In this document: positions 17,520 through 26,362 of the stretch, one piece after another | Numbering within the stretch: position 1 is the first letter of the stretch | How the letters are laid out: each line of letters begins with the position of its first letter | Assembly: GCA_945907065.1 (NCBI GenBank) | Contig: CAMDSC010000002.1 | Location: 96,803-160,802, forward strand | Direction: 5' to 3' | DNA from: Chitinophaga pinensis | Lineage (GTDB): Bacteria > Bacteroidota > Bacteroidia > NS11-12g > UBA9320 | DNA length: 64,000 nt | Notes under the pieces: model-generated | Databases searched by the model: none | Told to the model about the DNA's origin: nothing | What the model saw: the letters and a program-made list of their open reading frames with translations, nothing else | Program-made: the position numbers and the translations under genes

Positions 17520-19019
17520 TTAAAATTTTGAAGTAAAGGTAATAACCATTGTGTTTCCTGAAAATTTATTCTCAGCTATAGCTTGGGGACGGCTATTATC
17601 ATTAAGTACATAAGGTTGAAAAACATCTTTACCAAGAGTATGAACCAAGCCAAAATCCAATGCCCAAGTTTTGTCTTTTATTCCCAATCCTCCTGTTACA
17701 TAATCCGAACGTTGATTAGTGTTAGTGCTTTCCAAAAATGGTGAACCATAACTTGCAAATCCACCTCTTAACCTAAATTCATCCAAAACTAATTCGCCAC
17801 CAACTCTATAATTAATAGCGGTAGTATATTTTTTACGGATATCATCATTCGCTATTTCCATAGCATTGTTTCCATCAGTGCTTCTCAATCGCATGGCTGA
17901 ATAATCCACTCCTTCCATATCAGCACTTATAAAACCCATTTTACCAATAATACCAGTTGCACTTAAAGTATAACGGCCTGGGGTTTGCAAACTATATTCG
18001 TAATTTCCCTTTTTGCTATCAAAATTAAAATTTGTACCATTTCGGATGGTTGAATTTATTGAAAAATCGTAGGTATCAGTTAAATTAATAATTTGCGGAG
18101 TTTGCAAACTTGCTCCAAATCTTAAATAATCATGAGGCTTAACAATTATCCCCAATCGTCCTGAAAAGCCACCGCCACGGGTATGCAAATTTTCGGAATA
18201 TGTAAAATTATCCATTGAATAAGGGCTCACATTAGCAGGGTCATTTGTTTCTGCATGAGTTCTGGTTTCTTTAAAATTAACTGAAGTATAACTTATGGTT
18301 GCTCCCAAATAAACCACATCGCTATAATTGCCAGCCAATGAAAAATTATATTCATTCATCCCACCACTTTGTTGCATTACTCCTTTTTGATTAATATTAT
18401 GAAATATGGGGCTAGCATTGGCTGCATATTTTCTATCGCCTATTGAATCAAACAGGTAAGATTCCCAAGCCATTGTGGTTTTTGAAGAAAATCCATTATC
18501 AAAATCGTCGTCAGAAGCACGAATTTGTTTAACAGTTGAGCCATTGGCACGTTCTGCAAAATAATCCATTAAGCTGGTTTGAGTATTAATTCCTTCAAAA
18601 TTAATAACCCGATTAAAATCAGCTACTCTGGCCATATTCATAGCAAATGTGTAATTTTTCCAACCCCGTTCATCTTTTTTAGTAGCAGTTTGATTGGCAA
18701 ACACCAACCCAAAATTGGGTATGTTCATTTTAAAAACATTATCTGCTACAGAATTACCCATATAAGTGCTAACATTTTTATTATTAATAAATCCTGCCGA
18801 AAAACTGAACTCGCCCTTTTTATACTGCGCCAATCCAGCTGGGTTTACTGATGCTGAAGAAACATCGGCTCCTAATGAACCAACCGCCCCAGCAATTGAC
18901 ATAGACTTGGCAGTACTTCCAAATTTTTTGTTGGTATAACGAATGGCATCCATGTCATTTTGTGCCATGGCTTGGAAACAAAACAATCCCATAAAGCCTG
19001 AAATTATAAACTTTTTCAT
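17520..19019 (-). CDS. FadL/OmpP1/TodX-like (PorV-like) outer-membrane beta-barrel protein
   Basis: Signal peptide MKKFIISGFMGLFCFQAMAQ. N-terminal segment SMSIAGAVGSLGADVSSASVNPAGLA resembles the FadL-family 'AGxGxA...NPAGLA' plug motif. Gly/aromatic-rich beta-strand periodicity, and a C-terminal ...TSKF (terminal Phe). Confidence 0.55.
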   Translation of the reverse strand: MKKFIISGFMGLFCFQAMAQNDMDAIRYTNKKFGSTAKSMSIAGAVGSLGADVSSASVNPAGLAQYKKGEFSFSAGFINNKNVSTYMGNSVADNVFKMNIPNFGLVFANQTATKKDERGWKNYTFAMNMARVADFNRVINFEGINTQTSLMDYFAERANGSTVKQIRASDDDFDNGFSSKTTMAWESYLFDSIGDRKYAANASPIFHNINQKGVMQQSGGMNEYNFSLAGNYSDVVYLGATISYTSVNFKETRTHAETNDPANVSPYSMDNFTYSENLHTRGGGFSGRLGIIVKPHDYLRFGASLQTPQIINLTDTYDFSINSTIRNGTNFNFDSKKGNYEYSLQTPGRYTLSATGIIGKMGFISADMEGVDYSAMRLRSTDGNNAMEIANDDIRKKYTTAINYRVGGELVLDEFRLRGGFASYGSPFLESTNTNQRSDYVTGGLGIKDKTWALDFGLVHTLGKDVFQPYVLNDNSRPQAIAENKFSGNTMVITFTSKF

Positions 19020-19057
19020 AATTATAAATTAATTAATATTTAAAATCGTAATCGAAC

Positions 19058-20647
19058 TTATCTGCCTCTGCCTTTTGAAGATGGGGATGAAGAACCACCT
19101 GAATTGCTTCCTGAAGGAGTCGTCCCGCCTCTATTTCCGCCACCATCATATGAACGGGGTGAAGGTGTATTTTTAGGTTCTTCCCTCCTTTGGTAATTAT
19201 TATTAGAAGGTTGATCATTTCCTCTGCTCCTGTTTTCAGGTGTTTCAGAACTTCGGCTCCTAGTTTTTCTTTCCTCCTTAGGTTGGTCATAAGTCGTATT
19301 TGGAGTATTATCTGGCTGATATGATCTGGTTCTATTTTCGCGTGTTTCTGTATTTTTTCCTCGTGTACCTGGAGTTGCTCCACTATTAGAGGGAGTTTCA
19401 TTACCACGAGAAGGAGTTTCATAGCTTCGTTCTTCCACAGTTGTTCTCCTATCTATTTCTCTCTTTCTACCAGAATTGTCACCATCGGTTCCTGTTGTGG
19501 TTCCATTATTATTGTTACCAGTTCTTTCTGAATTACTATTATCAGAGGATCTTGTGGTTCCCTTATTTCCATCACCAGAGGTCGCTTCTTTACTATTATC
19601 ATTTATTCTACCACGAGTATCCTTTGGATTATTACTACCATCATTTCCAACCATTTCTCCTCTTTTATCTTTTTTGGGATCATAAGTTGTGCCACCATCT
19701 TCAGGGTCTTGCTGCACCATTCCTCCTCTACTACGAGGTGAAATTTGGTCTTTACGTGAGTTAGAAGATGTATTACTTCCTATGGTTTCACGAGGTCCTG
19801 TCATTTTACCTTTATCTGGCCTATATCCTCCACCATTGTTTCCTCCATTATTGGTTGAATAAACATGCACCGGGCGATACCATGGACTATTATAATTATT
19901 GTAACCGCCATAATATCCACCATAACCGTTATTAAATCCCCCGTAGCCATAACCGCCATAACCGTAAGGATTGTAGTACCCATAAGGAGTTCCACCATAA
20001 TATGCATTAGAATAATAACCCCAACCTCCAGAGTAACCATACCAAGGATCATAAAAATTATTGTAGCAAGGATAATAGCTGGTCCTCCAACCCCAAGCAG
20101 GATAACCATAGTTATAGCCTACATTCCAGCCGTTCCAAGTATTATATCCCACCCAAAAACGATTTCGTGCGGGTCTATTCCATCCCCAAGTTGGGTTGTT
20201 GTAATAAGAGTTGTAATAACCACCGCCTTGTCTGTAATTATTATATAATGCATCACTATAGCCATCACTATAGCCATCACCATATCTCAATCGTTGAAAC
20301 GAACGCCCATAAGAAAAATCATCGTCATCATCATAGTTATAATCATTATTGTCAGAATAATTGTAATTATCATTTCTTGAAGAACTGTTAGGTTCTCTAA
20401 CTATTTCTTCAGCCTCCCCTTCTTTATATTTTTTATAAACAGGTTCTTCTACCGGGGTAGTTTGGGTATCGTATTTACTATTATCTACCTGAGTTGGTTC
20501 ACTTTGTTTTGGGGTAACTTCTTTTACATCCTTAGAGGTTGAGTAAACATCATCATACTGACCCAAATTATTACTTCCATTTTGTTTTAAGGTATTACAG
20601 GATCCAAGAACCAATAAAATAACGCTTAATTGTAATAGTGTTTTCAT
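19058..20647 (-). CDS. Lipoprotein with a Tyr/Gly/Asn/Trp-rich low-complexity domain and an Arg/Ser/Thr/Asn/Gly-rich disordered C-terminus
   Basis: Signal peptide plus LGSC lipobox. An acidic Asn/Asp/Tyr segment follows. Then ~180 aa of GYG/YGG/NNY/W-containing sequence (e.g. YYGGTPYGYYNPYGYGGYGYGGFNNGYGGYYGGYNNYN). Then ~240 aa dominated by R, S, T, N, G, E and D. The many overlapping ORFs in other frames are what repetitive DNA typically produces. Confidence 0.6.
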   Translation of the reverse strand: MKTLLQLSVILLVLGSCNTLKQNGSNNLGQYDDVYSTSKDVKEVTPKQSEPTQVDNSKYDTQTTPVEEPVYKKYKEGEAEEIVREPNSSSRNDNYNYSDNNDYNYDDDDDFSYGRSFQRLRYGDGYSDGYSDALYNNYRQGGGYYNSYYNNPTWGWNRPARNRFWVGYNTWNGWNVGYNYGYPAWGWRTSYYPCYNNFYDPWYGYSGGWGYYSNAYYGGTPYGYYNPYGYGGYGYGGFNNGYGGYYGGYNNYNSPWYRPVHVYSTNNGGNNGGGYRPDKGKMTGPRETIGSNTSSNSRKDQISPRSRGGMVQQDPEDGGTTYDPKKDKRGEMVGNDGSNNPKDTRGRINDNSKEATSGDGNKGTTRSSDNSNSERTGNNNNGTTTGTDGDNSGRKREIDRRTTVEERSYETPSRGNETPSNSGATPGTRGKNTETRENRTRSYQPDNTPNTTYDQPKEERKTRSRSSETPENRSRGNDQPSNNNYQRREEPKNTPSPRSYDGGGNRGGTTPSGSNSGGSSSPSSKGRGR

Positions 20648-20736
20648 GATAAAAATATTTAATTATGCATTTAGTTTTAACTTTGCATTTTAATAAAAAC
20701 AATTCCTATACCAAAGATACAATATAAATTTAATAG

Positions 20737-22212
20737 ATGGCATTTCAAAAAATAAAACGGGAGGACGATTACTCAAAATGGTACAACAATTTAGTTGTAA
20801 ATGCAGATTTGGCCGAGCATTCGGCTGTTAGAGGCTGCATGGTTATTAAACCTTACGGTTATGCTATTTGGGAAAAAATGCAGCAGCAATTAGACAAAAG
20901 GTTTAAAGAAACTGGACACAGCAATGCCTATTTCCCTTTGTTTGTTCCCAAAAGTTTATTTGAAGCCGAAGAAAAAAATGCCGAAGGCTTTGCTAAAGAA
21001 TGTGCCGTAGTTACGCATTACCGCTTAAAGTCGGACCCAAATAATCCGGGAAAACTTATCGTAGACCCTGACGCAAAATTGGAAGAAGAACTGATAGTTA
21101 GACCTACCTCAGAAGCCATTATTTGGAGTACTTACAAAAACTGGATTCAAAGTTACCGCGACTTGCCTTTGCTCATTAATCAATGGGCCAACGTGGTGAG
21201 ATGGGAAATGCGAACCCGTCTATTTTTAAGAACTGCTGAATTCTTATGGCAAGAAGGACATACTGCTCACTCTACTAGACAGGAGGCGATTGAAGAAGCA
21301 GAACGTATGTTAGATGTGTATGCCGAGTTTGCCGAAACTTTTTTAGCAATTCCGGTTATCCGAGGGGTAAAAACTCCGAATGAACGATTTGCCGGAGCCG
21401 AAGAAACTTATACAATTGAAGGGATGATGCAGGATGGCAAAGCCCTACAAATGGGAACTTCACATTTTTTAGGGCAAAATTTTGCCAAAGCATTTGATGT
21501 AAAATTTGCTACCAAGGAAGGCACTCAGGAATATGTGTGGGCCACCAGCTGGGGAGTAAGTACCCGATTAATGGGGGCTTTAATCATGGCTCACTCCGAT
21601 GATGAAGGATTGATTTTACCGCCAAGCATAGCACCTATTCAGGTAGTTATAATACCTATTTATAAAGGCGAAGAAGAATTGGGAACCATTTCTCAAAAAG
21701 TTAAACCTTTGCAGGAAGCTTTAAAAAAAGCAGGTATTTCGGTAAAATATGATGACCGCGATACGCAACGTAGCGGCTGGAAATTTGCCGAATATGAATT
21801 GAAAGGTGTTCCGGTTAGGATTGCTATTGGCCCTAGAGATTTACAAAATAACACGGTTGAAATAGCCCGTCGCGACACCAAAGAAAAAATGAGTTTGAGT
21901 ATGGATGGACTAACCGAAACAATTCAAAATCTTTTGGAGGAAATTCAAACAAATATTTATACCAAAGCCAAAAAATACCAACAAAGCAATATTAATGAGG
22001 TAAATACCTGGGCTGAATTTGAAGCCGCTTTAGAAAAAGGTGGATTTGTCAGTGCCCATTGGGATGGAACCCCTGAAACTGAAGAAAAAATAAAAGATGA
22101 AACTAAGGCTACAATTCGTTGCATTCCTTTAGATAATAATTTAGAAGAAGGAGTTTGTATACTAAGCGGAAAGCCAAGTAAGAAAAGGGTTTTGTTTGCA
22201 AGGGCGTATTAA
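20737..22212 (+). CDS. proS: Proline--tRNA ligase (archaeal/eukaryote-like class II form)
   Basis: N-terminus ...[36 protein letters not shown], class II core, and a C-terminal Zn-binding-like tail. 491 aa. Confidence 0.9.
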   Translation: MAFQKIKREDDYSKWYNNLVVNADLAEHSAVRGCMVIKPYGYAIWEKMQQQLDKRFKETGHSNAYFPLFVPKSLFEAEEKNAEGFAKECAVVTHYRLKSDPNNPGKLIVDPDAKLEEELIVRPTSEAIIWSTYKNWIQSYRDLPLLINQWANVVRWEMRTRLFLRTAEFLWQEGHTAHSTRQEAIEEAERMLDVYAEFAETFLAIPVIRGVKTPNERFAGAEETYTIEGMMQDGKALQMGTSHFLGQNFAKAFDVKFATKEGTQEYVWATSWGVSTRLMGALIMAHSDDEGLILPPSIAPIQVVIIPIYKGEEELGTISQKVKPLQEALKKAGISVKYDDRDTQRSGWKFAEYELKGVPVRIAIGPRDLQNNTVEIARRDTKEKMSLSMDGLTETIQNLLEEIQTNIYTKAKKYQQSNINEVNTWAEFEAALEKGGFVSAHWDGTPETEEKIKDETKATIRCIPLDNNLEEGVCILSGKPSKKRVLFARAY

Positions 22213-22260
22213 GTTAAAAACTAAAAGTATAAAATGATTTTCAACTTTTAGTTTTTAACT
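22212..22260. terminator. Perfect 17-bp palindrome (AGTTAAAAACTAAAAGT-15 nt-ACTTTTAGTTTTTAACT) between convergent proS and the ferredoxin gene.
   Basis: The two arms are exact reverse complements. The element begins at the proS stop codon. Both half-sites recur elsewhere in the window. Confidence 0.6.
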
Positions 22261-22269
22261 TTTAACTAT

Positions 22270-22602
22270 TCACTCCCCAGTCCCCTCTCCCAACTTCACC
22301 TCTAACCCATCCAATTCAGGGGTTAGCTTAAGCTGGCAACTAAGGCGACTGTATGGAATATCCAATAAAAAGGCATCATCCAACATCGCTTCTTCATCTT
22401 CCGACATGGGTGGCAAAGCCCTACTGTTGCAAACCACCACATGGCATGAGGCACACATAGCCATTCCTCCACAGGTTGCTTTTATTTGCATATCGTTGGC
22501 ACGGATAGCCTCCATTAAATTTAGGCCCATATCCGTAGGTACCTTTATTTGATGTTTATTTCCTAAAAGGTCGGTAATATTAATATTTATCACTGCTTCC
22601 AT
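22270..22602 (-). CDS. 2Fe-2S ferredoxin (adrenodoxin/putidaredoxin type)
   Basis: Cys ligands in ATCGGMAMCASCHVVV plus a downstream C (SRLSCQ). 110 aa. Confidence 0.8.
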   Translation of the reverse strand: MEAVININITDLLGNKHQIKVPTDMGLNLMEAIRANDMQIKATCGGMAMCASCHVVVCNSRALPPMSEDEEAMLDDAFLLDIPYSRLSCQLKLTPELDGLEVKLGEGTGE

Positions 22603-22608
22603 TTTCTA

Positions 22609-23616
22609 TTAAAAAGCTTTAACACCACTTACTGTGGTATATTTTAGCACAAGGTTTTTATCGGGATAAATATACTTATGGGCCGATTGCACCATAAGTG
22701 CAGCTTCGTGAAATCCACACAAAATCAACCTTAACTTTCCGGGATAATCATTAATATCACCAATGGCATATATGCCGGGAATATTGGTACTGTAATCCTG
22801 CGGATTTACTTTTATTGATTCCTTATGTAGATTTAAATTCCAATGTTTTAGTGGTCCAAGCTTGGGTGAAAGTCCAAATAATGGTATAAAATAATCGGCA
22901 GAAACCTTTGTAATTTCATCGTTGTCAAAATTTGTAATTTCCAAATTTTCAAGCTTTCCGACTCCGTTAATACCGGTTACTTCTGAATTAAGAACTAATT
23001 TAATTTTGCCATTAGCTGCCAAATCGTTTACTTTTTTTACCGAATCCAAATGCCCGCGAAAACTAGTTCTACGATGAATCAAGGTTACGCTTTTAGCCAC
23101 ATCTGCCAAAAAAATTGTCCAATCCAATGCTGAATCTCCTCCACCCGATATTACAACGTTTTTATCTCTGTACTTTTCAGGGTCTTTTACAATATAATCC
23201 ACGCCCTTATCTTCAAAATCAATAAGGTTTGGAATTTCAGGCTTTCGCGGTTCAAAACAACCCAAACCTGCGGCTATTGCTATAACCGGTGCCAAATGCT
23301 CTGTACCTTTATTAGTAGTAAGTTTCCAGCGTCCATCTTCCATTTTTTCGATATGCTCGGCCCGTTCGCCCAAAGTATATCCTGGCTTAAAAGGCTCAGC
23401 TTGTTTTGTAAGATTTTTAACCAAATCTCCAGCCATTACTATTGGGAAACCTGGAATATCGTAGATTGGTTTTTTAGGGTAAATTTCGGTAAGCTGTCCT
23501 CCTGCTGTAGGTAATGAATCTATAAGATGGCAATGAAGTTGGACAAGGCCAGCCTGAAACACAGTGAACAAACCACATGGTCCGGCTCCTATTATTAATA
23601 TATCGGTTTCAATCAC
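22609..23616 (-). CDS. Ferredoxin--NADP+ reductase (thioredoxin-reductase-like, YumC type)
   Basis: N-terminal FAD-binding DILIIGAGPCGLF and a second Rossmann VVISGGGDSALDW. 335 aa. Sits directly upstream of the ferredoxin. Confidence 0.8.
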   Translation of the reverse strand: MIETDILIIGAGPCGLFTVFQAGLVQLHCHLIDSLPTAGGQLTEIYPKKPIYDIPGFPIVMAGDLVKNLTKQAEPFKPGYTLGERAEHIEKMEDGRWKLTTNKGTEHLAPVIAIAAGLGCFEPRKPEIPNLIDFEDKGVDYIVKDPEKYRDKNVVISGGGDSALDWTIFLADVAKSVTLIHRRTSFRGHLDSVKKVNDLAANGKIKLVLNSEVTGINGVGKLENLEITNFDNDEITKVSADYFIPLFGLSPKLGPLKHWNLNLHKESIKVNPQDYSTNIPGIYAIGDINDYPGKLRLILCGFHEAALMVQSAHKYIYPDKNLVLKYTTVSGVKAF

Positions 23617-23803
23617 TCGTTTTTGTTATAAAAATAATTGGCTGCAAAGTTACATTTGAAAAACAGATTAAAGTAGAATAAAGTTTTTATTATTGATCAA
23701 CCTATTCTTAGTTTAACTTTAGTTTTTATAATAAATCAGGTTTTAATGCCTTGATTTTACTCAATGAAATTATATTTGTAAAGCAAAAATAATTTGCCAT
23801 CTT

Positions 23804-24340
23804 ATGATGAACTATATTTATCAAGATAATCTTGAAACCCCTCGCCTTATTACCTGAAAACTTACTTTGGATAACATTTTACCTTGGACTGTTCTTTTTA
23901 AAGATAAAGAGGTAGTTGAATATTTCCCTGCATTTAAAGGTTCGGATGAAGAACGATCTACCCAATGGATTAAACGGCAACAAAGCCGATATGAGGAAAA
24001 TAAATTTGGACTTCAAGCTCTTATTGATAAAAAAACAAATCAGTTTATTGGTCAATGTGGCTTGCTAATGCAGGAAGTGGATAGGGAAACTGAAATTCAA
24101 GTAGGGTATCATATTTTTAAAAGATTTTGGGGTCAAGGTTTTGCGCCCGAAGCTGCCAAACTTTTTATTGATTATGCCTTTAAAAACAACTTAAGCAATT
24201 CTATTATTTCAATCATCAATATTAATAATATCAGATCGCAACAGGTGGCCGAAAAAAACGGTTTGGTAAGAGAAAAACAAACGAATTGGCTTGACCTTAA
24301 TGTTTATATTTATAGAATAAAGAAAGAGGATTGGAGGTGA
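23804..24340 (+). pseudogene. GNAT (RimJ/RimL-like) N-acetyltransferase interrupted by an in-frame TGA at 23855-23857. The alternative intact ORF starts at TTG 23867.
   Basis: The reading frame gives MMNYIYQDNLETPRLIT-[TGA]-KLTLDNILPWTV... This matches the canonical RimJ/L N-terminus 'LETERLILRPLTLDD', with the stop at the position that is usually Arg (CGA). Downstream GNAT core QVGYHIFKRFWGQGFAPEAAKLFIDYAF. Confidence 0.45.
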
Positions 24341-24441
24341 AATATTAATTTCTTTCTTTTTGCGAATAAAAAATTCTAAACTTTGAAGTTGTTATCTATC
24401 CAATTGATTTGTATAAATAACTTTGCACCTTGAAATAGATA

Positions 24442-25071
24442 ATGGAAAACTTTGACCGAAAAAAACACTGGGAAACGATTTACCAAACGACAGAACTTAA
24501 AGATGTAAGTTGGTTTCAGCCTAGTCCTGAAACTTCATTGAATTTTTTCAACGAAAATAATGTACCGTTGACTGCCAAAATAATAGATATTGGTGGTGGT
24601 GATAGTTTTTTGGTTGACTATTTACTCGATTTGGGTTATCAGGATATCACGGTACTTGATATTTCTAAAAATGCTCTGGAACGGGCCAAACTTCGCTTGG
24701 GTATTAGAGCAAATAGAGTGAAATGGATAGTAGCGGATGCAGCTAATTTTAACCCCTCAGAATTATATGACTTTTGGCACGATAGGGCAGCATTTCATTT
24801 TTTGACAAACGAACAGGAAATAACTACCTATCTCGAAACAGTTCAAAAAAGCATAAAACCAAATGGTATTTTGGTAGTAGGAACTTTTTCGGAACAAGGC
24901 CCAAATAAATGCAGTGGTATTGATATCAAGCAATATTCAGAGGTATCAATGACTGAAAGATTAAAGGCTTACTTTGAAAAAATAAAGTGTATTACCGTTG
25001 ACCATAAAACCCCCTTTGATACCATTCAAAACTTTGTTTTTTGCAGTTTCAGAAAAACACAATCGACTTAG
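24442..25071 (+). CDS. Class I SAM-dependent methyltransferase
   Basis: Motif I IIDIGGGDSFLVDYLLDLGY and motif post-I ITVLDIS. 209 aa. Confidence 0.7.
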   Translation: MENFDRKKHWETIYQTTELKDVSWFQPSPETSLNFFNENNVPLTAKIIDIGGGDSFLVDYLLDLGYQDITVLDISKNALERAKLRLGIRANRVKWIVADAANFNPSELYDFWHDRAAFHFLTNEQEITTYLETVQKSIKPNGILVVGTFSEQGPNKCSGIDIKQYSEVSMTERLKAYFEKIKCITVDHKTPFDTIQNFVFCSFRKTQST

Positions 25072-25157
25072 ATTAACTAGTGCCACATTTTCTTTTTTAA
25101 GAACAATTATTATTAAATCATCGTTTAAAATTTATTTTTAATGGCGTTATTTGCAGC

Positions 25158-26351
25158 TTGATGGATACCAGACTTGCTAACAGGGTTTATTATTTTGAAG
25201 AATCGCAAACCTTGGAGATGGCCAAAAAAGCCCGCGAGCTATCGGCTAAAGGTATAAAAGTAATTAATCTTAGCCTTGGCGAACCGGATTTTGCCACCCC
25301 AAAACATATTATTGATGCTGCAAAAAAAGCCATGGATGATGGTTTTACAAAATACACACCAGTAGCAGGATTTGCAGATTTAAGGCAAGCTATTTCAGAT
25401 AAATTTTTACACGATAATGGACTCAATTATTCTTTAAACCAAATTGTAGTTTCTTCAGGAGCAAAACATTCAATAATGAATGTGATATTGGCCTTGATAA
25501 ACCCAGGTGACGAGGTTATAATTCCTAATCCTTACTGGGTAAGTTACAGTGAAATGGTAAAGTTAGCTTCAGGCAAACCTGTATTTGTTCCTTCTAATAT
25601 TTTAAATAATTATAAATCACCTGCCAGTGCTATTGAAGCAGCTATAACAACAAAAACAAAAATGTTCCTTTTTTCCTCACCCTGCAATCCCAGTGGTTCG
25701 GTTTATAGTAAAGCAGAGTTAAAGGAAATTGCAGATGTTTTTGCAAAATATCCAAACATTTATATTGTATCGGATGAAATATATGAGCATATAAATTTTG
25801 TTTCAAAACACGAAAGTATTGGGCAGTTTGAATCGATATCGGATAGAGTAATTACTATAAATGGTGTAGCAAAAGCGTTTGCCATGACAGGATGGAGAAT
25901 AGGTTATATTGGTGCTCCTGAGTATATAGCCAAAGCCTGTGAAAAACTGCAAGGTCAGTTTACAAGCGGTGCCAATAGTATTGCTCAAAAAGCCACTTTA
26001 GCAGCTTTGCAAGGCTCATTAGAACCTACAAAAGCTATGGTAGCTGAATATTTAAGTCGAAGAAATCTAGTATTAAAGAGATTGGAAGAAATACCGGGTA
26101 TTACATCCAATATGCCAGATGGAGCCTTTTATGTTTTTCCTGATTTTAGCTATTTTATTGGCAAAACTTTAAAAGGTAGAACCATTAGTTCAACCCGTGA
26201 TCTTTGCTATTATTTACTTGAAGAAGCCCATGTTTCTGTAGTATCAGGTGAGGCATTTGGCAATCCTGAATGTATCCGTATTTCATATTCATTAAATCAA
26301 AATGATTTAAATTTTGCCTTTGACAAACTTAAAGTAGCCTTAACAATATAA
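25158..26351 (+). CDS. PLP-dependent aminotransferase, class I (aspartate aminotransferase-like)
   Basis: INLSLGEPDF, SPCNPSGSVY, and the PLP-Lys region NGVAKAFAMTGWRIGY. Confidence 0.8.
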   Translation: MMDTRLANRVYYFEESQTLEMAKKARELSAKGIKVINLSLGEPDFATPKHIIDAAKKAMDDGFTKYTPVAGFADLRQAISDKFLHDNGLNYSLNQIVVSSGAKHSIMNVILALINPGDEVIIPNPYWVSYSEMVKLASGKPVFVPSNILNNYKSPASAIEAAITTKTKMFLFSSPCNPSGSVYSKAELKEIADVFAKYPNIYIVSDEIYEHINFVSKHESIGQFESISDRVITINGVAKAFAMTGWRIGYIGAPEYIAKACEKLQGQFTSGANSIAQKATLAALQGSLEPTKAMVAEYLSRRNLVLKRLEEIPGITSNMPDGAFYVFPDFSYFIGKTLKGRTISSTRDLCYYLLEEAHVSVVSGEAFGNPECIRISYSLNQNDLNFAFDKLKVALTI

Positions 26352-26362
26352 AAATTATTTAA

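Noticed and set aside
19033-20391. Six additional ORFs of 62-129 aa on both strands overlapping the low-complexity lipoprotein gene: 19033-19422, 19441-19764, 19476-19685, 19801-20109, 19865-20248 and 20167-20391.
   Set aside because: They are alternative-frame or antisense readings of the repetitive GGN/TAY-rich DNA. They have no signal peptide or start context, and their compositions are frame artefacts (for example poly-Ile/Thr/Val, or His/Tyr-rich). Only the 529-aa frame has a signal peptide, a lipobox and operon context.
20648-20736. Looked for obvious divergent-promoter palindromes between the lipoprotein gene and proS.
   Set aside because: Only AT-rich sequence with a weak partial copy of the TTAGTTTTAAC motif. 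Nothing specific enough to call.
23855-23857. Considered whether the in-frame TGA in the GNAT gene indicates a UGA-recoding genetic code (code 4 or 25).
   Set aside because: Other genes in the window terminate cleanly at TGA (lpxH at 14444-14446, mrdA at 33369-33371), with proper downstream gene starts. So TGA is a stop in this genome.
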